Assembly (NCBI GenBank): GCA_000146045.2
Contig: BK006945.2
Span: forward strand, 1,014,178-1,078,177
Length of the DNA stretch: 64,000 nucleotides
Direction: 5' to 3'
From: TPA_inf: Saccharomyces
Taxonomy: Eukaryota
Shown one piece after another: positions 28,810-40,892 of the stretch; position 1 is the stretch's first letter, and each line of letters opens with the position of its first letter. The notes under the pieces are model-generated. The model did no database searches and had not been told where the DNA came from. It saw only the letters and a program-made list of their open reading frames with translations. The translations under genes and the position numbers were made by a program.

Positions 28810-29820
28810 TGTCTCTATATACTAACCACGTTCGTATTTATATCTATATTCGTACATATATTGTTCTAACTTATTGAAATTGATGGTTAAGAAGATCCCT
28901 TCTGTACATATCTGTAAGCGCAATGTTTTCTTCATTGAAAACAGCTGCAAAATTAGAAAACTAAAATAATAACTTTCAAGATAACTAAGCCGGGTTGCCC
29001 TTTGACCTAGAAGCATCCCTTATAATAACATTATGTGTATGAAAACCATGTCAGCAAGAACGGTTACGGATATGGAGTGAAGCAAAATCTTTAAGGATTT
29101 ATTTACATTGAAGAGGAGGAGGAAAAAAGAGCCATAAGGTAAAATTCAAATGCATAAATGAAACTGCCCTTCCTTTTATACTTCCTAACCTTTGCAGGAG
29201 AAAAATATATTAAGGACAAAAGAAAAATAGCCGCTATCATTTCCAACGCTCCGGGAAAAAGAGTGTCATAGAGACCCCTTATCTATTTTATCATTTTTAA
29301 TATGATCTATTCTGGCATAAGTAGCTTCGGATCGATTAAGCGCTATTACAATTGAAGGAGTAACAAATTTTTGGGTGAAGTTTACCAATTTATTCAATTG
29401 ATCAAATTTATGGAAGATCCTCAAGAAAAACATAAAATTAAAACCTTTATATCCAGAGTTTCAAATTTGTCAAGTTTTTGTTCCCGTTCACTCTTGTTCT
29501 GCATATTTTTCCTATTTTTTTGGCTTGTAACTCAAACATGAACTACATCACAAATATATCACGTTACACGGGAAATATACTTCCCATTGCATGGAAATTA
29601 AGACGGAAATAAGGGAGACATGAAAAAGGGTCTTGGTGGTGTTGCAGTTGGACAATTAAGCCATTCAATGCGATATAAACTATAAATCCCTTTTAAAAGG
29701 GCCTAGACATCTCAGAGACAAAGAACGGTAGCTATTACAAAGGACAGTAAAAGCAAACAGCTTTAAATTAGATCAGAACATAAGAATCCTTAGAAAAGCC
29801 CTTTACCTCGGTATATGTAG

Positions 29821-32800
29821 ATGATGTTTCCGATTAATGTTCTACTGTACAAGTGGCTTATATTTGCAGTGACTTTCTTATGGAGCTGTAAAATTTTACT
29901 AAGGAAGCTTTTAGGAATAAATATAACATGGATTAACCTGTTTAAACTAGAAATATGCGGTTTATCCTTAGAAGATGGTACCGTCAGGCTAAAATCCGTT
30001 CGTTTTGCTGTATTTGAAAGAAAGCTTTTCATCAAGGGTCTACGAATTGATTCCAAGAAATCATCTACTAATGATCTTCATAAAGAATTACCAAGAGAGG
30101 AAGAAAGAACTTTTATAGAGACCCCCGAAGATAATGGTGGGGGCTTCATTTCTAAGATTCTTTCATTATCACAATACTGGCTCAATGGGGTCACGATCAT
30201 TTTGGAAGATACGCAATTAGTCAACAACGATATCACGATTGAAAAATTTGGCTTTTTTCTTTCAATTGATAACTCTAAACATATCAAGTCACTAAGATTT
30301 GATTCCTTTTTGAGAAAACTTCTTTGGAATGGCCAGACCATCATTGCTGATGCCATTTTTATAGTGAATACAAACTTACTAATTGGTGAAATTATGAATC
30401 CTCTGAAGGATGGACTTCAAGTAGGATTAGATTTAAAACTAGGTGATTTAAATATTCCCATGAATTTATTGAATTTATTTATCAACAAGGAGAACGTTGA
30501 TTTGATGTCCAATGAAAAACTTCTACAAAGATTGGCAGATACAACAAAGGCGAATGAAGAGCTAAAGGATGAAGATATCGCTAAGATGAAGGATGATCTC
30601 GTGTATGCAATGGAAAAATTTGTAGATCGGATAAAGCCATTGAAAGAAATGAACGTCACCGTTGATAAACTTCAAATCAAAGATTTTCCACTCACCAATC
30701 ATCCAGAACTGCTTGGAATGAACAAATATATCAGTTATAATGTTTTGGTTTCTAATATAAACTTCAATACCAACAGGTTCAGAAATGAGATGCCAGGTTA
30801 TACGTTAATTTTTGAGGAGCGTGATTCTCCCTTCAAGTTTAGTATTATAATGGCAAGATTTAATATATATTTGAATCTAAATCGAAAACATCAAAGCCAC
30901 GCCAAACAGTTGAAAATTATTGAAATTCCAAATGTTTCGATATTTGGCGAAACCAATTTGTTCTCTCAAAAATTTCGTCTTTCTAATAACCTACACGCAA
31001 AGGAACTAGAGAACGCTATTTTTAACATCAAAGGTAATATATCCTCCTTAACTATTGACATGGATCCAGTAAATATTTCCTTTATCAAATGCTTCCTATC
31101 AAACATTAAAGTCTTTACGTCCTCTTGTCCGAAAAACAAGATTTTAAAGGAGAATTCTCATGTAAAGTTCTTAACAAGGCGGAGAGTCCTATTTGACTAT
31201 TTTAAGTGTTTTTTGCCTCTAATCAATATGAAATTCACCCTGGATGATCCCAAATTTGTTATCAATGATAAAGACGATCTGATCATAGGCAAGTTTTCTG
31301 TCTTCATGATAAGCCATCACTCTAAAAGATATACATTGGGTAACAATCTTATGGAAGAAAAAGAAGAGACGCAACACATTTTTTATGAAAGCCATTGGAA
31401 TGTTGAATTACTAGATATGAAATTACAGCATATTATAAAACATCAAAAATACGAGCATACAATATTAAGGGTGGACAGCATTGCCATAGAAGAAAAAGTT
31501 CAACTTTTACCGGATATATTATGTTCTGCAAACGCTGATATCGACACGCTAATGCTAGATTTATCTGAACTTCCAACAATGGTTATGTTGAGTGAATTAG
31601 TACACAACTTAGATAGTCAGTTGGCAAATGTCGAAGAGAATTATTTCAAAGAGTTCTATGAAAAGTTCGCATCTAATTTACAAAATATGAAAGCTGAATG
31701 TTCTAATATGGCTAAATGTTTGAGACAGAAGGAAATTTTACCAAGCGACTTCATGTTCCAGCAACTACCTGATTTTTTCGATTATATTAAAATCAATATT
31801 AGAGACATATCATCCACCCTAGGTGCTAGGTCGGTTTTTATGCCAAGAGATGTTTTCTCTTCCGTTGACTCTCAAAGTTCAAAGGACCTAATTGATGGCA
31901 AACTAAGAAAATACTGCAATACAGTCGAAAAATTGCAAATTGCTTTATTTGGTGACAAGACACAATGGCATAACAAAATTGGCTCAAATCACGCTACTAT
32001 GGTTAGGTCTGGTCAGCTCACAAATTTTAGTAAAGATAATAAACAGAATCCTAACCATAAGTCCAGTATTGCCGATTTAGACGATATATCGACTAGTGAT
32101 GCGACAGAGGTAAATCATCTTTGGAACATCAACTTACTAGTAAATGATATAACTACGTCAATAATCGGAGAGACACCCGAAGTGAGCGAAGAATTGTCCA
32201 CTAAAACTGTTTCCAAAGTTTCTAATTTATCAATTAAGCTATTTCCAGACACTGAGTCATTTAGTAGCAATGAAAGCGATTCGAAGATAATTTTGCAAAT
32301 AAATCACTCCAGAGGAACATCGGTAGTATCACTGATGAGTATCTTTTTGGCCGTCTCAGGAATACACACACTGAACCAAATATTTGGACATTGTATACAC
32401 CAAAAGATGCGACAGTCTAAAACTAAACAATACTTTCTTGCCCTCTCAGAATCCAAAAAAAAATCATGTATCAAAAGTATAAAATGGGGCCAACTAAAGG
32501 AGTTACTCGAAATAAATTTCTCTTCTGAATATATCAGCCAAATAATCGCACTCCCAAATGGCCTTAGAACAAAATTTGAACCAACTTCGACATTTATCAC
32601 AGTCAAAAACTGTAATACAATTTCAGTTTCAGGTCAGTACTTCAGAATGATGGTAGAATCTCCAACGCAGCCAAACTTTTGGGAGAGAATGATCTGTATC
32701 AATGGATTTAAAGTAATGATACACATTGATTTATTAAAACAGCAAATGAAAAAGTTAAACTCTTTACAGAATTGGGAAAAATTACCATCCGCCATAACCT

Positions 32801-35800
32801 TAGAAAATGATTCATGGCACTTTTCCATACCGCATCATTTCGAGATGTTTAAAATAATAGATTCTATTCCAACTATATTTAAGAGTATTAAACAAATGTT
32901 ATATTCGTTGAAAACATCAAAAGACGATTTGATAATTTTCCCCCACAAAATAGAGACTCCTTTATCACTGCCAAAGATTAAACTGAAATCTAAAAGGTGG
33001 TTATTTAGCATTTCTGATGATCCACTAGAGGCAGAATTGAATACTATCTTTCAGATCGGTTTACAAGAACAACGGGAGAGACTTGCGAAATTACAGGAAT
33101 TCAATAAACGCATCTCTGAAGATTTGATTAAAAGTCAAAAGAACGCTAAAGAAATGAAGGACGACTTCGAGGCAATTGATAACGCAATACTAAAGCACCG
33201 TACAGGATTGTGGGCAAAGGATGGGAAAAAAAGATTGCGTAAATCCGCAACAGATTCTGAAATACCTCTTACCCCAGCAGCTTTGAACATTAATGGAAAG
33301 CGTGATGACAGGCCTGATAGAACGCAGTTTATTTCTCCCGAGATTGAAAATGCGTACAATACTTTATTAGCGAACTTCTCCGATTCATGGATTAAAAGGG
33401 TGAAAGAATATAAAGTTAAAGAACGTCGTGAGTTCGATAAGAACTTTTCTTTCTTATGGGGTTTCATTGATTATACTAAGCTCCCCAAAGATATTAACAA
33501 AAAAGTTTTACCTTTCTCAACAAATCCTTTTTTAATGAATTTGATAATTGAGAATATCGATATTGATATAATAAGGCCTTCATGTGGCATTGAAAATATT
33601 CCAAACTTCATTCACGATGTTGGAAAAGGCGTTCCGAAGAATACAGAATATTCGATTATGATTCCGATGCATTTAGATGCGAAATTTAGTGAAGTAAGAT
33701 GGCATTTGAGAGATTATCCCCTGCCTTTTGTTAGTATACCTCCACTAAGCTCTACACAAAGTAAAGAAACAATACCTATGAGAATTTATGGGGATTTTAT
33801 GATAACAGAGGATATGCTTCAATCCGACAGAGAGCTTAGAACTTTATTTGTTCCTTTAATACCATCGGTAACTGTTGAAAATACAGATAGATATTACTCG
33901 TTGTTCGTGCCCAGAACAATGACTAGCGCTAAGATATTCACCGATCTAAATTTTGAAATAAACTCTAACCATACAACACGAGTAACTTGGGGTGGTTCTT
34001 ATCAACCAGCCATTCAACAAACAATGCAATGTTTGGATAACTTTTCAAAGCCTCCATTAGATCCTTCTGTTAAACTAGGGTTTTGGGATAAAACAAGATA
34101 TCTTTTCCATGGAAAGATCAATATAGTTTGGAAAAAGAGGGGAAAATTCGAAATTTCCCTTAAAGGCGCAAAAAGTCCCTATATGCTTGGCGGCGAATCA
34201 GCTGGTTTCATAGTTGGTTTTGATGGTAATGTTAACTTAAAATGTAACGAAGATAATGATCCCAAAAAATTTTTATCCTGCAGCGCAGACAAGGTCCATT
34301 TCAGCATTCCCAATTATTTTGCAAAGCCGTTACTGGTATGGTCTAGACCTAGTACCAATACAATGTTCATTCCAAACCAGGACGATACGAACATGCAGAG
34401 ATATGCTTCATTTTACTATTTATTGAACACTACATCAAGTAAAAACGAAAAAGCAGACAAGGAAATTATGGGAAAATCGTTCATTGAAAAGACAGGAATT
34501 AAACTATCTGGGGGTATGACACTGGATATGGGTATTCTCTTCGAAAGGTTGGGGCCTAGTTTGAATGAGAGAACTTTTGAGTCCAAAAAGCATTATTTGA
34601 CTCGTCTATGTAACCCAATTTACGTTCAAGATCTCTCAAAACATGATTCATATGCTGGCTTTAGAAGTGACTTTATACATATGTCTTTCGGGCTATCATC
34701 TAACTCAAACTCCGCATATAACGCTATGCAACTAAGTCCCAACGGGTTCAAGGCATTCTTTGTTTGGTGGAAATCATTTTCAGGAAACTTTCCCGTAAGG
34801 AGAGGGCCATTATTTGGTCTCCAAAGTATCAGTCCTAAATTTGGTGAACATTTATATACCATTTCTTACCACGCAGATGTCTCACCATTATTCATTAATT
34901 ACATGTACCACAACGCTGATGCCGATCAAATTTTGCGTAAAAACTACTTAGAAGTTGCCGAATTTGCTGGTTTAAAGGCTAAATCTTCTCATTTTATTAT
35001 GGATCTTCATCAAAGGAAGGAAGTATTGACTGAATATCAAGCCGGCTTGAACGTCAGAAGGAGAGTTATGAAATTAAAATTTCTGGCTGGTGATGTTGTA
35101 TGCCAGGACGTGGACATCCGGACTGTAAGTGGTGAGTTCAGTAAATTAAACTACATTGAAGAGAAAGAGGATGCTGAATATGATATTTTTGATAATGATA
35201 TGTCGTGGCTTGATATAACAGATTTTCAAGATGCATTTTTCATTAACCCTGATAATTATCTTCCAAAAATTAAGATTATGCCATTTGCCTTTTCTCCTCA
35301 GTTCGCTTATCAAAAAAGAGCTAGTTATGGTGACAAATACCAAGTTGATCCGAAAACATGCAAGCCAATAACGCCGTTTGATAATCGTGTCTCCCATGGC
35401 TGTACACTAGGGCACAATGTTTCTTTACGTACTGACCTAGTTGAGAAACGTGTTACAGTTTTGAAGAAGTTTCGAGAGAAATTGCAGGAGGGTATTAGAA
35501 AAAACAAATCAGCCGGTGTATCAGAGGAGAATTTGAATGATTTACTCTCAAAAGCAAATTCTAGTGTGGAAAATGCAGAATTACTACTGAAAGACTTCCA
35601 GAAGATATTTAAACAACATGAAGCCGGACAAACAGAACAGCCTTTCCATTTCGACTCTTTAAATCTATTGAAAAACACCAAAAAGACCCTGAAACAATTT
35701 GAACATAGATTTTTTATTTTTAACGTACTGTTGAAATGGAACGAGGACGCAAGAAGTGCTATTTTCAAATTTTTTTACTATGCTAACCTATCCAATGAAT

Positions 35801-37707
35801 TTGCTTCTTTAGCAAGTGGCAAGGGCCTAAGGGAATTTGAAGATGTAATAAAGCAAAGAGAAATGACTGATGATACAACGAGTATGGAAGCGATACCAGA
35901 AGGAACAGACAAAGCAAACACCACTAAACAATGTCATAGCTGCGATGATACAGAGTTCACCACTGAGAACCTTTTGAATATATTTGAAAAAAATATTACA
36001 CAACTGTCTTGTGACATCAAAAATAAGATACACCATAAGTTTTTTGTCCAATTTATAACTCCACAAATTCAGTTGACATCCCTGGAAAATCCAGAAGCTT
36101 GTGTTTTGGTTTCTTCACCCTTTTTTATGCTAAAGACATTGGAATTTGATGCAAACACTACCAGTAACACGTATATGCAAGATATTTTTTTGAAAAGACA
36201 TGGCATTCTATTCGGAAACGCCAATGCCTTTTTATTTAATAAAAAGGATTACCAAGAGTTTTTTGAACTATACTTCGGCTCCAGCTCATATGGCCAAGAT
36301 AAAAAAGAACAGTGGCCACCATGGCTAGGCTTGGAGTTAGGATTCGAACCTTCTGCATTAAAAAAGAAAGCAGTGGTTAGGAATATTTCTGCTCTGCTTC
36401 ATCATCAGAAATTAGCACCGTTTTCTGCTAAATATGACTCCTTAAAAGATAAAATAGAAGATAATATTTGCGGATACGTTCCTCAAGTTAACGTACAAGT
36501 GAATTCTGACGAGTACCTAATGCTGACGAAGATGGCCTTGAAATTATTCCTTTATGTAGAACCCGAAGATGAAGAATTGAAGAAATATATTGAAAAACTA
36601 ATTATTGGTTACGATATCTATGATACAGCCCAAACTAGAAAATTCGTAAATGATTTACACGATAGTGAACAAATTCTAGCTGTTGTTGAAAAGGAGCTTT
36701 TATTCAAAAGAAGCCTATTGGACGACATTGGAAAACTCGATCTATCCAATATTCACAACGAACGCATGCATCAGTTGTTGAGGTTGTATATCTTAAGGAA
36801 GGTTTTCACTTCAAATGGAAACAATTACATTAATAGGACTTTAGTATGGAATATCAAGGTTAATGAAACTATCTTGCATTTATTAGACAAAATTGACAAA
36901 CCATTTTTAGATATTGCCGTTGCAAAGCTAAACTTTCAAAGAATCCAACACACGATGGGATTAAGGAAGAACACTGTAACCGTAAAAATGATGCAAATAT
37001 TTGACTTAGGCGAAAATGTTAATTATCATTGTATTTTAGGGCCTTTGATAACATCAAGTGGTAATGACACAGTCGGTTTGGCGAGTGATGTTCCGTTAGT
37101 TCAAATAACTTGGGATGTTGATAAGCCTGTAGGTGGTATTAAGGTTGTTAAAAACGTTGAGACCACTTTGTCGAGTTTGACGATAAAATTAGAAGAGGAC
37201 AGACTAAATAAACTTTTTGAGTGGTTATCGTTAAAGGAGTTAATTTACGATGGAAACGGAGATGACGATGATGGAGCTTCCAGTATTTTTGATATGGTGT
37301 CATCAGAATCAGAGGAAGGAAAAATTGAGTTTTCAGAAGATATTAGTTCTGATTTCAATGAAATGTTAAAGAGATCAAGTGATTATATGATCGTTGAAGA
37401 TCTTAAATTGAACAGCTTCAAACTTTGTATCAGTTATAAGGGCAAAGGAAAGATGAGATTGGCTAACGTTACTAACTTTGTTTTCAATTTCCCGACTTTA
37501 AGATTGTCCAACCAAACTTTGAGGGTCACAGATCTATTACTTGCCCTTAAAAAAGTGTTAATCAAGGTTTTAATAAAACATACTGGGAGATTTATTGGTA
37601 ATAAATTGAAAAGAAATTCTAAGGAGAATAAAATTGCTGACGACACTTCACCACTGAAGCAACTCACAACTTATAATTCCTACACGGAGCCTGAAGAACT
37701 TCGTTAA
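29821..37707 (+). CDS. FMP27: Giant 2628-aa bridge-like lipid-transfer protein (Hobbit/VPS13-like superfamily)
   Basis: One uninterrupted 7.9-kb ORF with an N-terminal hydrophobic anchor. Size and position between RIF2 and tRNA-Ile match FMP27/HOB2 (YLR454W). Confidence 0.85.
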   Translation: MMFPINVLLYKWLIFAVTFLWSCKILLRKLLGINITWINLFKLEICGLSLEDGTVRLKSVRFAVFERKLFIKGLRIDSKKSSTNDLHKELPREEERTFIETPEDNGGGFISKILSLSQYWLNGVTIILEDTQLVNNDITIEKFGFFLSIDNSKHIKSLRFDSFLRKLLWNGQTIIADAIFIVNTNLLIGEIMNPLKDGLQVGLDLKLGDLNIPMNLLNLFINKENVDLMSNEKLLQRLADTTKANEELKDEDIAKMKDDLVYAMEKFVDRIKPLKEMNVTVDKLQIKDFPLTNHPELLGMNKYISYNVLVSNINFNTNRFRNEMPGYTLIFEERDSPFKFSIIMARFNIYLNLNRKHQSHAKQLKIIEIPNVSIFGETNLFSQKFRLSNNLHAKELENAIFNIKGNISSLTIDMDPVNISFIKCFLSNIKVFTSSCPKNKILKENSHVKFLTRRRVLFDYFKCFLPLINMKFTLDDPKFVINDKDDLIIGKFSVFMISHHSKRYTLGNNLMEEKEETQHIFYESHWNVELLDMKLQHIIKHQKYEHTILRVDSIAIEEKVQLLPDILCSANADIDTLMLDLSELPTMVMLSELVHNLDSQLANVEENYFKEFYEKFASNLQNMKAECSNMAKCLRQKEILPSDFMFQQLPDFFDYIKINIRDISSTLGARSVFMPRDVFSSVDSQSSKDLIDGKLRKYCNTVEKLQIALFGDKTQWHNKIGSNHATMVRSGQLTNFSKDNKQNPNHKSSIADLDDISTSDATEVNHLWNINLLVNDITTSIIGETPEVSEELSTKTVSKVSNLSIKLFPDTESFSSNESDSKIILQINHSRGTSVVSLMSIFLAVSGIHTLNQIFGHCIHQKMRQSKTKQYFLALSESKKKSCIKSIKWGQLKELLEINFSSEYISQIIALPNGLRTKFEPTSTFITVKNCNTISVSGQYFRMMVESPTQPNFWERMICINGFKVMIHIDLLKQQMKKLNSLQNWEKLPSAITLENDSWHFSIPHHFEMFKIIDSIPTIFKSIKQMLYSLKTSKDDLIIFPHKIETPLSLPKIKLKSKRWLFSISDDPLEAELNTIFQIGLQEQRERLAKLQEFNKRISEDLIKSQKNAKEMKDDFEAIDNAILKHRTGLWAKDGKKRLRKSATDSEIPLTPAALNINGKRDDRPDRTQFISPEIENAYNTLLANFSDSWIKRVKEYKVKERREFDKNFSFLWGFIDYTKLPKDINKKVLPFSTNPFLMNLIIENIDIDIIRPSCGIENIPNFIHDVGKGVPKNTEYSIMIPMHLDAKFSEVRWHLRDYPLPFVSIPPLSSTQSKETIPMRIYGDFMITEDMLQSDRELRTLFVPLIPSVTVENTDRYYSLFVPRTMTSAKIFTDLNFEINSNHTTRVTWGGSYQPAIQQTMQCLDNFSKPPLDPSVKLGFWDKTRYLFHGKINIVWKKRGKFEISLKGAKSPYMLGGESAGFIVGFDGNVNLKCNEDNDPKKFLSCSADKVHFSIPNYFAKPLLVWSRPSTNTMFIPNQDDTNMQRYASFYYLLNTTSSKNEKADKEIMGKSFIEKTGIKLSGGMTLDMGILFERLGPSLNERTFESKKHYLTRLCNPIYVQDLSKHDSYAGFRSDFIHMSFGLSSNSNSAYNAMQLSPNGFKAFFVWWKSFSGNFPVRRGPLFGLQSISPKFGEHLYTISYHADVSPLFINYMYHNADADQILRKNYLEVAEFAGLKAKSSHFIMDLHQRKEVLTEYQAGLNVRRRVMKLKFLAGDVVCQDVDIRTVSGEFSKLNYIEEKEDAEYDIFDNDMSWLDITDFQDAFFINPDNYLPKIKIMPFAFSPQFAYQKRASYGDKYQVDPKTCKPITPFDNRVSHGCTLGHNVSLRTDLVEKRVTVLKKFREKLQEGIRKNKSAGVSEENLNDLLSKANSSVENAELLLKDFQKIFKQHEAGQTEQPFHFDSLNLLKNTKKTLKQFEHRFFIFNVLLKWNEDARSAIFKFFYYANLSNEFASLASGKGLREFEDVIKQREMTDDTTSMEAIPEGTDKANTTKQCHSCDDTEFTTENLLNIFEKNITQLSCDIKNKIHHKFFVQFITPQIQLTSLENPEACVLVSSPFFMLKTLEFDANTTSNTYMQDIFLKRHGILFGNANAFLFNKKDYQEFFELYFGSSSYGQDKKEQWPPWLGLELGFEPSALKKKAVVRNISALLHHQKLAPFSAKYDSLKDKIEDNICGYVPQVNVQVNSDEYLMLTKMALKLFLYVEPEDEELKKYIEKLIIGYDIYDTAQTRKFVNDLHDSEQILAVVEKELLFKRSLLDDIGKLDLSNIHNERMHQLLRLYILRKVFTSNGNNYINRTLVWNIKVNETILHLLDKIDKPFLDIAVAKLNFQRIQHTMGLRKNTVTVKMMQIFDLGENVNYHCILGPLITSSGNDTVGLASDVPLVQITWDVDKPVGGIKVVKNVETTLSSLTIKLEEDRLNKLFEWLSLKELIYDGNGDDDDGASSIFDMVSSESEEGKIEFSEDISSDFNEMLKRSSDYMIVEDLKLNSFKLCISYKGKGKMRLANVTNFVFNFPTLRLSNQTLRVTDLLLALKKVLIKVLIKHTGRFIGNKLKRNSKENKIADDTSPLKQLTTYNSYTEPEELR

Positions 37708-37893
37708 AAACATTCAAAAAAAATTTATAGTTTTTCATATCTCTTAATGTAGCATCATACATATCAATATGTTACCATGTTTCAGACCTTTATTGCTGTA
37801 CTACATTGAAATACCTAGGATTCGAAGAACAAAAAACATCATATAGGTCTTCCATTAGTAATGCCCATTATTTACTTAAAGTAAAAAAAATAA

Positions 37894-37967
37894 TGGTCTC
37901 TAGCGGGATCGAACCGCTGATCCCCGCGTTATTAGCACGGTGCCTTAACCAACTGGGCCAAGAGACC
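37894..37967 (-). tRNA. tRNA-Ile, anticodon AAU
   Basis: Reverse complement reads GGTCTCTTGGCCCAGTTGGTTAAGGCACCGTGCTAATAACGCGGGGATCAGCGGTTCGATCCCGCTAGAGACCA. It shows a 7-bp acceptor stem, a D-loop (AGTTGGTTAAGG), the anticodon loop CTAATAA (anticodon AAT) and a T-arm (GGTTCGATCC). 74 nt, no intron. Confidence 0.95.
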
Positions 37968-38125
37968 ATGAAAAGGACGTCAAAACAAGGTCACACGAAA
38001 ACCATAACCTGTAGTATAAATATAAGACATCTCAAGCACTTGTTATTAATTAGGGAAATAGCTAACAGCATTTGAACGATAACTAAGGCAAACAATCCTC
38101 AGTAGTAATCGTTGGAAAAAAGATC

Positions 38126-38455
38126 TGAGAACTAGGTGAATTTTGTGATAATTGTTAAAATTCCATAGTTGATAAAGGCAATAACATTATGTATGCAGGA
38201 TATGCTGAAGTTCTTCTCGAGGACATATGAATCCTCAAAGTGGAATCGGTAGTCCTGCACTATAATATTACAATTATTTTTCCTTTCGTTTTATATGCTT
38301 ACTTATCCTATTACATTATCAATCTTTGCATTTCAGCTTCCATTAAGTCAGATGACTGTTTCTCAATCTTTATGTCGTCTTTTTATACCGCATATGATAA
38401 TACACTTGTAACATGAACACTGGTCAATAGATGATGATAGGGTTTCGTTCCAACA
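38126..38455 (-). mobile_element. Diverged solo Ty1/Ty2 delta LTR (~330 bp) downstream of tRNA-Ile on the + strand, i.e. on the tRNA's 5'-flank side
   Basis: The minus-strand read begins TGTTGGAAC (plus-strand end ...TTCCAACA at 38451-38455) and ends ...CTCA (plus strand TGAGAAC at 38126). Internal blocks align with delta: ATTACATTATCAATC(C/T)TTGC(G/A)TTTCAGCTTCCA(C/T)TAA and CCG(T/C)ATATGATAATA. It is highly mutated. Confidence 0.7.
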
Positions 38456-39451
38456 CCATCACGTTATCAATTCTTTCGTGTCAACTCCTCATTTACGTTA
38501 TACTCTTTACATTGTGTATGGCAGTATACTAGTAGTGAGAATACTAGTCAATAGGTTATAATTGATTTTTATTTTAACAAGTAACATCTTCGGAAAAGCG
38601 ACTACTATTCAACTAATAATCATCAATTTTTACTTCAAGAAAGCATAATAACGTCTGCATTTATGTGTGAGCAGGACTGAGCGATTCTGAGGGCACTTGT
38701 ATTCACCAATTTGCAATAGCTGATCTTTACAATCTGCATGTTCCGATAACAAAAATAACTTGTAGGATAAATCCTCAGAGTTACATCGGTGTGTCAGGGA
38801 ATGAACAGATAAAAGAAATAACGTCGCACTGTAAAGTGAGTAGCAGCAAAATTAAACTATTCGGACATTTTAAAACCCTATCAGTCGCCTTGGATGATAA
38901 CCTTATTTCAACCACCTATCAATGAAAATGGCTTAAACTTCCCCAATTAAAAAACTCTGCAATAGCGTGTTGATTTCTTCCAGATTGATAGTTTGGTACA
39001 ATACGGAAGAAACAAGGTCTCTCTCCATTTACATTACGGTAAGCTGTTCTTAATTGAACTTTGAAACATCCAATGGCGGGTAATAATTATAGTATTTTTC
39101 TTTTCTATTTTATTTATTTTTTTTTTTTTTTTTGATTTTCTAGAATAATCAATCAATGGTAAATAAACAAAAGTTGCTTCTGTTGTAAAAAATACATCAA
39201 AGGGGCTAAAATATCAATATACGTTTCGTTAAGTTCTGCAGAGAGATTTGGACATATCTATTTTTCTCTCAGATATTTGTTATTGCATATTGTGAGTTGA
39301 CTACTGGTAAGCTTATATTGGAAGTTTCACAAGCATTCTTTTAGGACCTACAGTCGTTGCTCCTCCTGGCTTTTTTTCCCTTTTATTTTTTTCTGTTTTT
39401 ACTTCCATTTCTTTTGTGATATTAGCTATCCCTGGTTTGGTCCGCAAGTTT

Positions 39452-40366
39452 ATGACAAAAGATATTAGAACAGGCGATTTAGTGTTATGCAAAGTTGGCT
39501 CGTTTCCACCTTGGCCAGCTGTAGTATTTCCACAGCGTTTGCTGCGAAACGATGTATATAGAAAGAGAAAATCCAATTGTGTTGCTGTTTGTTTTTTCAA
39601 CGATCCAACTTATTATTGGGAACAACCCAGTAGATTAAAGGAGCTAGATCAAGACAGCATTCACAATTTCATATTAGAACATAGTAAAAATGCAAACCAA
39701 AGGGAATTGGTCAATGCTTATAAGGAAGCAAAAAATTTTGATGATTTCAACGTATTTTTACAAGAAAAGTTTGAAGAAGAAAACAGGTTAAGTGATCTAA
39801 AAGCGTTTGAGAAAAGTGAAGGTTCTAAAATCGTTGCCGGAGAAGATCCCTTTGTAGGTCGAACAAAAGTAGTGAATAAAAGAAAAAAAAATTCAATATC
39901 CATCAAAGAAGATCCGGAAGATAACCAGAAATCAAATGAAGAAGAAAGCAAACCGAACATCAAACCGTCCAAAAAAAAGAGACCCACAGCTAATTCGGGA
40001 GGAAAATCAAACAGTGGCAATAAAAAGAAAGTTAAATTAGACTATTCCAGAAGAGTAGAAATTTCACAGTTATTTCGCCGCAGGATTCAAAGAAATCTAA
40101 TCCAGAGAGAAACACCTCCTACTGAGCATGAGATCAAGGAAACTCATGAACTATTAAATAGAATATATGAGAATTCTGACACCAAACGGCCCTTTTTTGA
40201 TTTGAAGGCCCTACGCGAAAGCAAATTACACAAGCTACTGAAAGCAATTGTTAATGATCCTGACTTAGGCGAATTTCACCCACTTTGTAAAGAAATTTTA
40301 CTGTCCTGGGCAGACCTAATCACAGAACTGAAGAAAGAAAAGTTGCAAGCGCTACCTACGCCTTGA
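39452..40366 (+). CDS. PDP3: PWWP-domain protein, NuA3b histone acetyltransferase complex subunit (304 aa)
   Basis: N-terminal PWWP motif (GDLVLCKVGSFPPWPAVVFP) and a basic, Lys-rich C-terminal half. The 304 aa from the MTKDIRTG start match PDP3/YLR455W; the six-frame ORF opens 12 codons earlier. Confidence 0.8.
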   Translation: MTKDIRTGDLVLCKVGSFPPWPAVVFPQRLLRNDVYRKRKSNCVAVCFFNDPTYYWEQPSRLKELDQDSIHNFILEHSKNANQRELVNAYKEAKNFDDFNVFLQEKFEEENRLSDLKAFEKSEGSKIVAGEDPFVGRTKVVNKRKKNSISIKEDPEDNQKSNEEESKPNIKPSKKKRPTANSGGKSNSGNKKKVKLDYSRRVEISQLFRRRIQRNLIQRETPPTEHEIKETHELLNRIYENSDTKRPFFDLKALRESKLHKLLKAIVNDPDLGEFHPLCKEILLSWADLITELKKEKLQALPTP

Positions 40367-40892
40367 TAATAATACTTATTGAATCAATTCAATATATCAA
40401 CGTTTCAATATCCAATATTGTTTCATTTCATTTCATTTCAAATAAACAGTGTTTTACCGTTTGTTTTGTTTCCCTTCTTTTTTTCATCAAATGGTAATAT
40501 TAAATTGATTTAATTATCCATCCATAAAAATTGTATTAATAAGTCATACACGTAATGTCACAACAAAATATCAGGCGTACTCTTGTGACGTACCAAAGCG
40601 CTTAGAAACGATAAAGGCCCGGGACAGAAATTTAAACGTCACAAGTGGGTGCAGCCCAGTTAACACTAATGTTAACGCACTTCTAGATACCTCATATATA
40701 TAAATATTATCTAGAATTTCAAATTTGATATTCCTTTTCTATACTGAATAAACGATAAATACGAAGTTCAGAGTGCGAAAATTAGGGTTGCAGGCGTCTG
40801 ATCTGAAAAACGTATAATTGATAGTGAAAATTATGCAACATTCTGCAAAGGAAAGTAAACCTTAAAAAAACAAATCTCTCAAGCCTTTAAAG

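Noticed and set aside
38456-39100. Possible second LTR (sigma or tau) adjacent to the delta element
   Set aside because: I could not align the region to remembered Ty3 sigma or Ty4 tau termini. It is left as unclassified AT-rich intergenic sequence with LTR-like fragments; see the finding for the suggested check.
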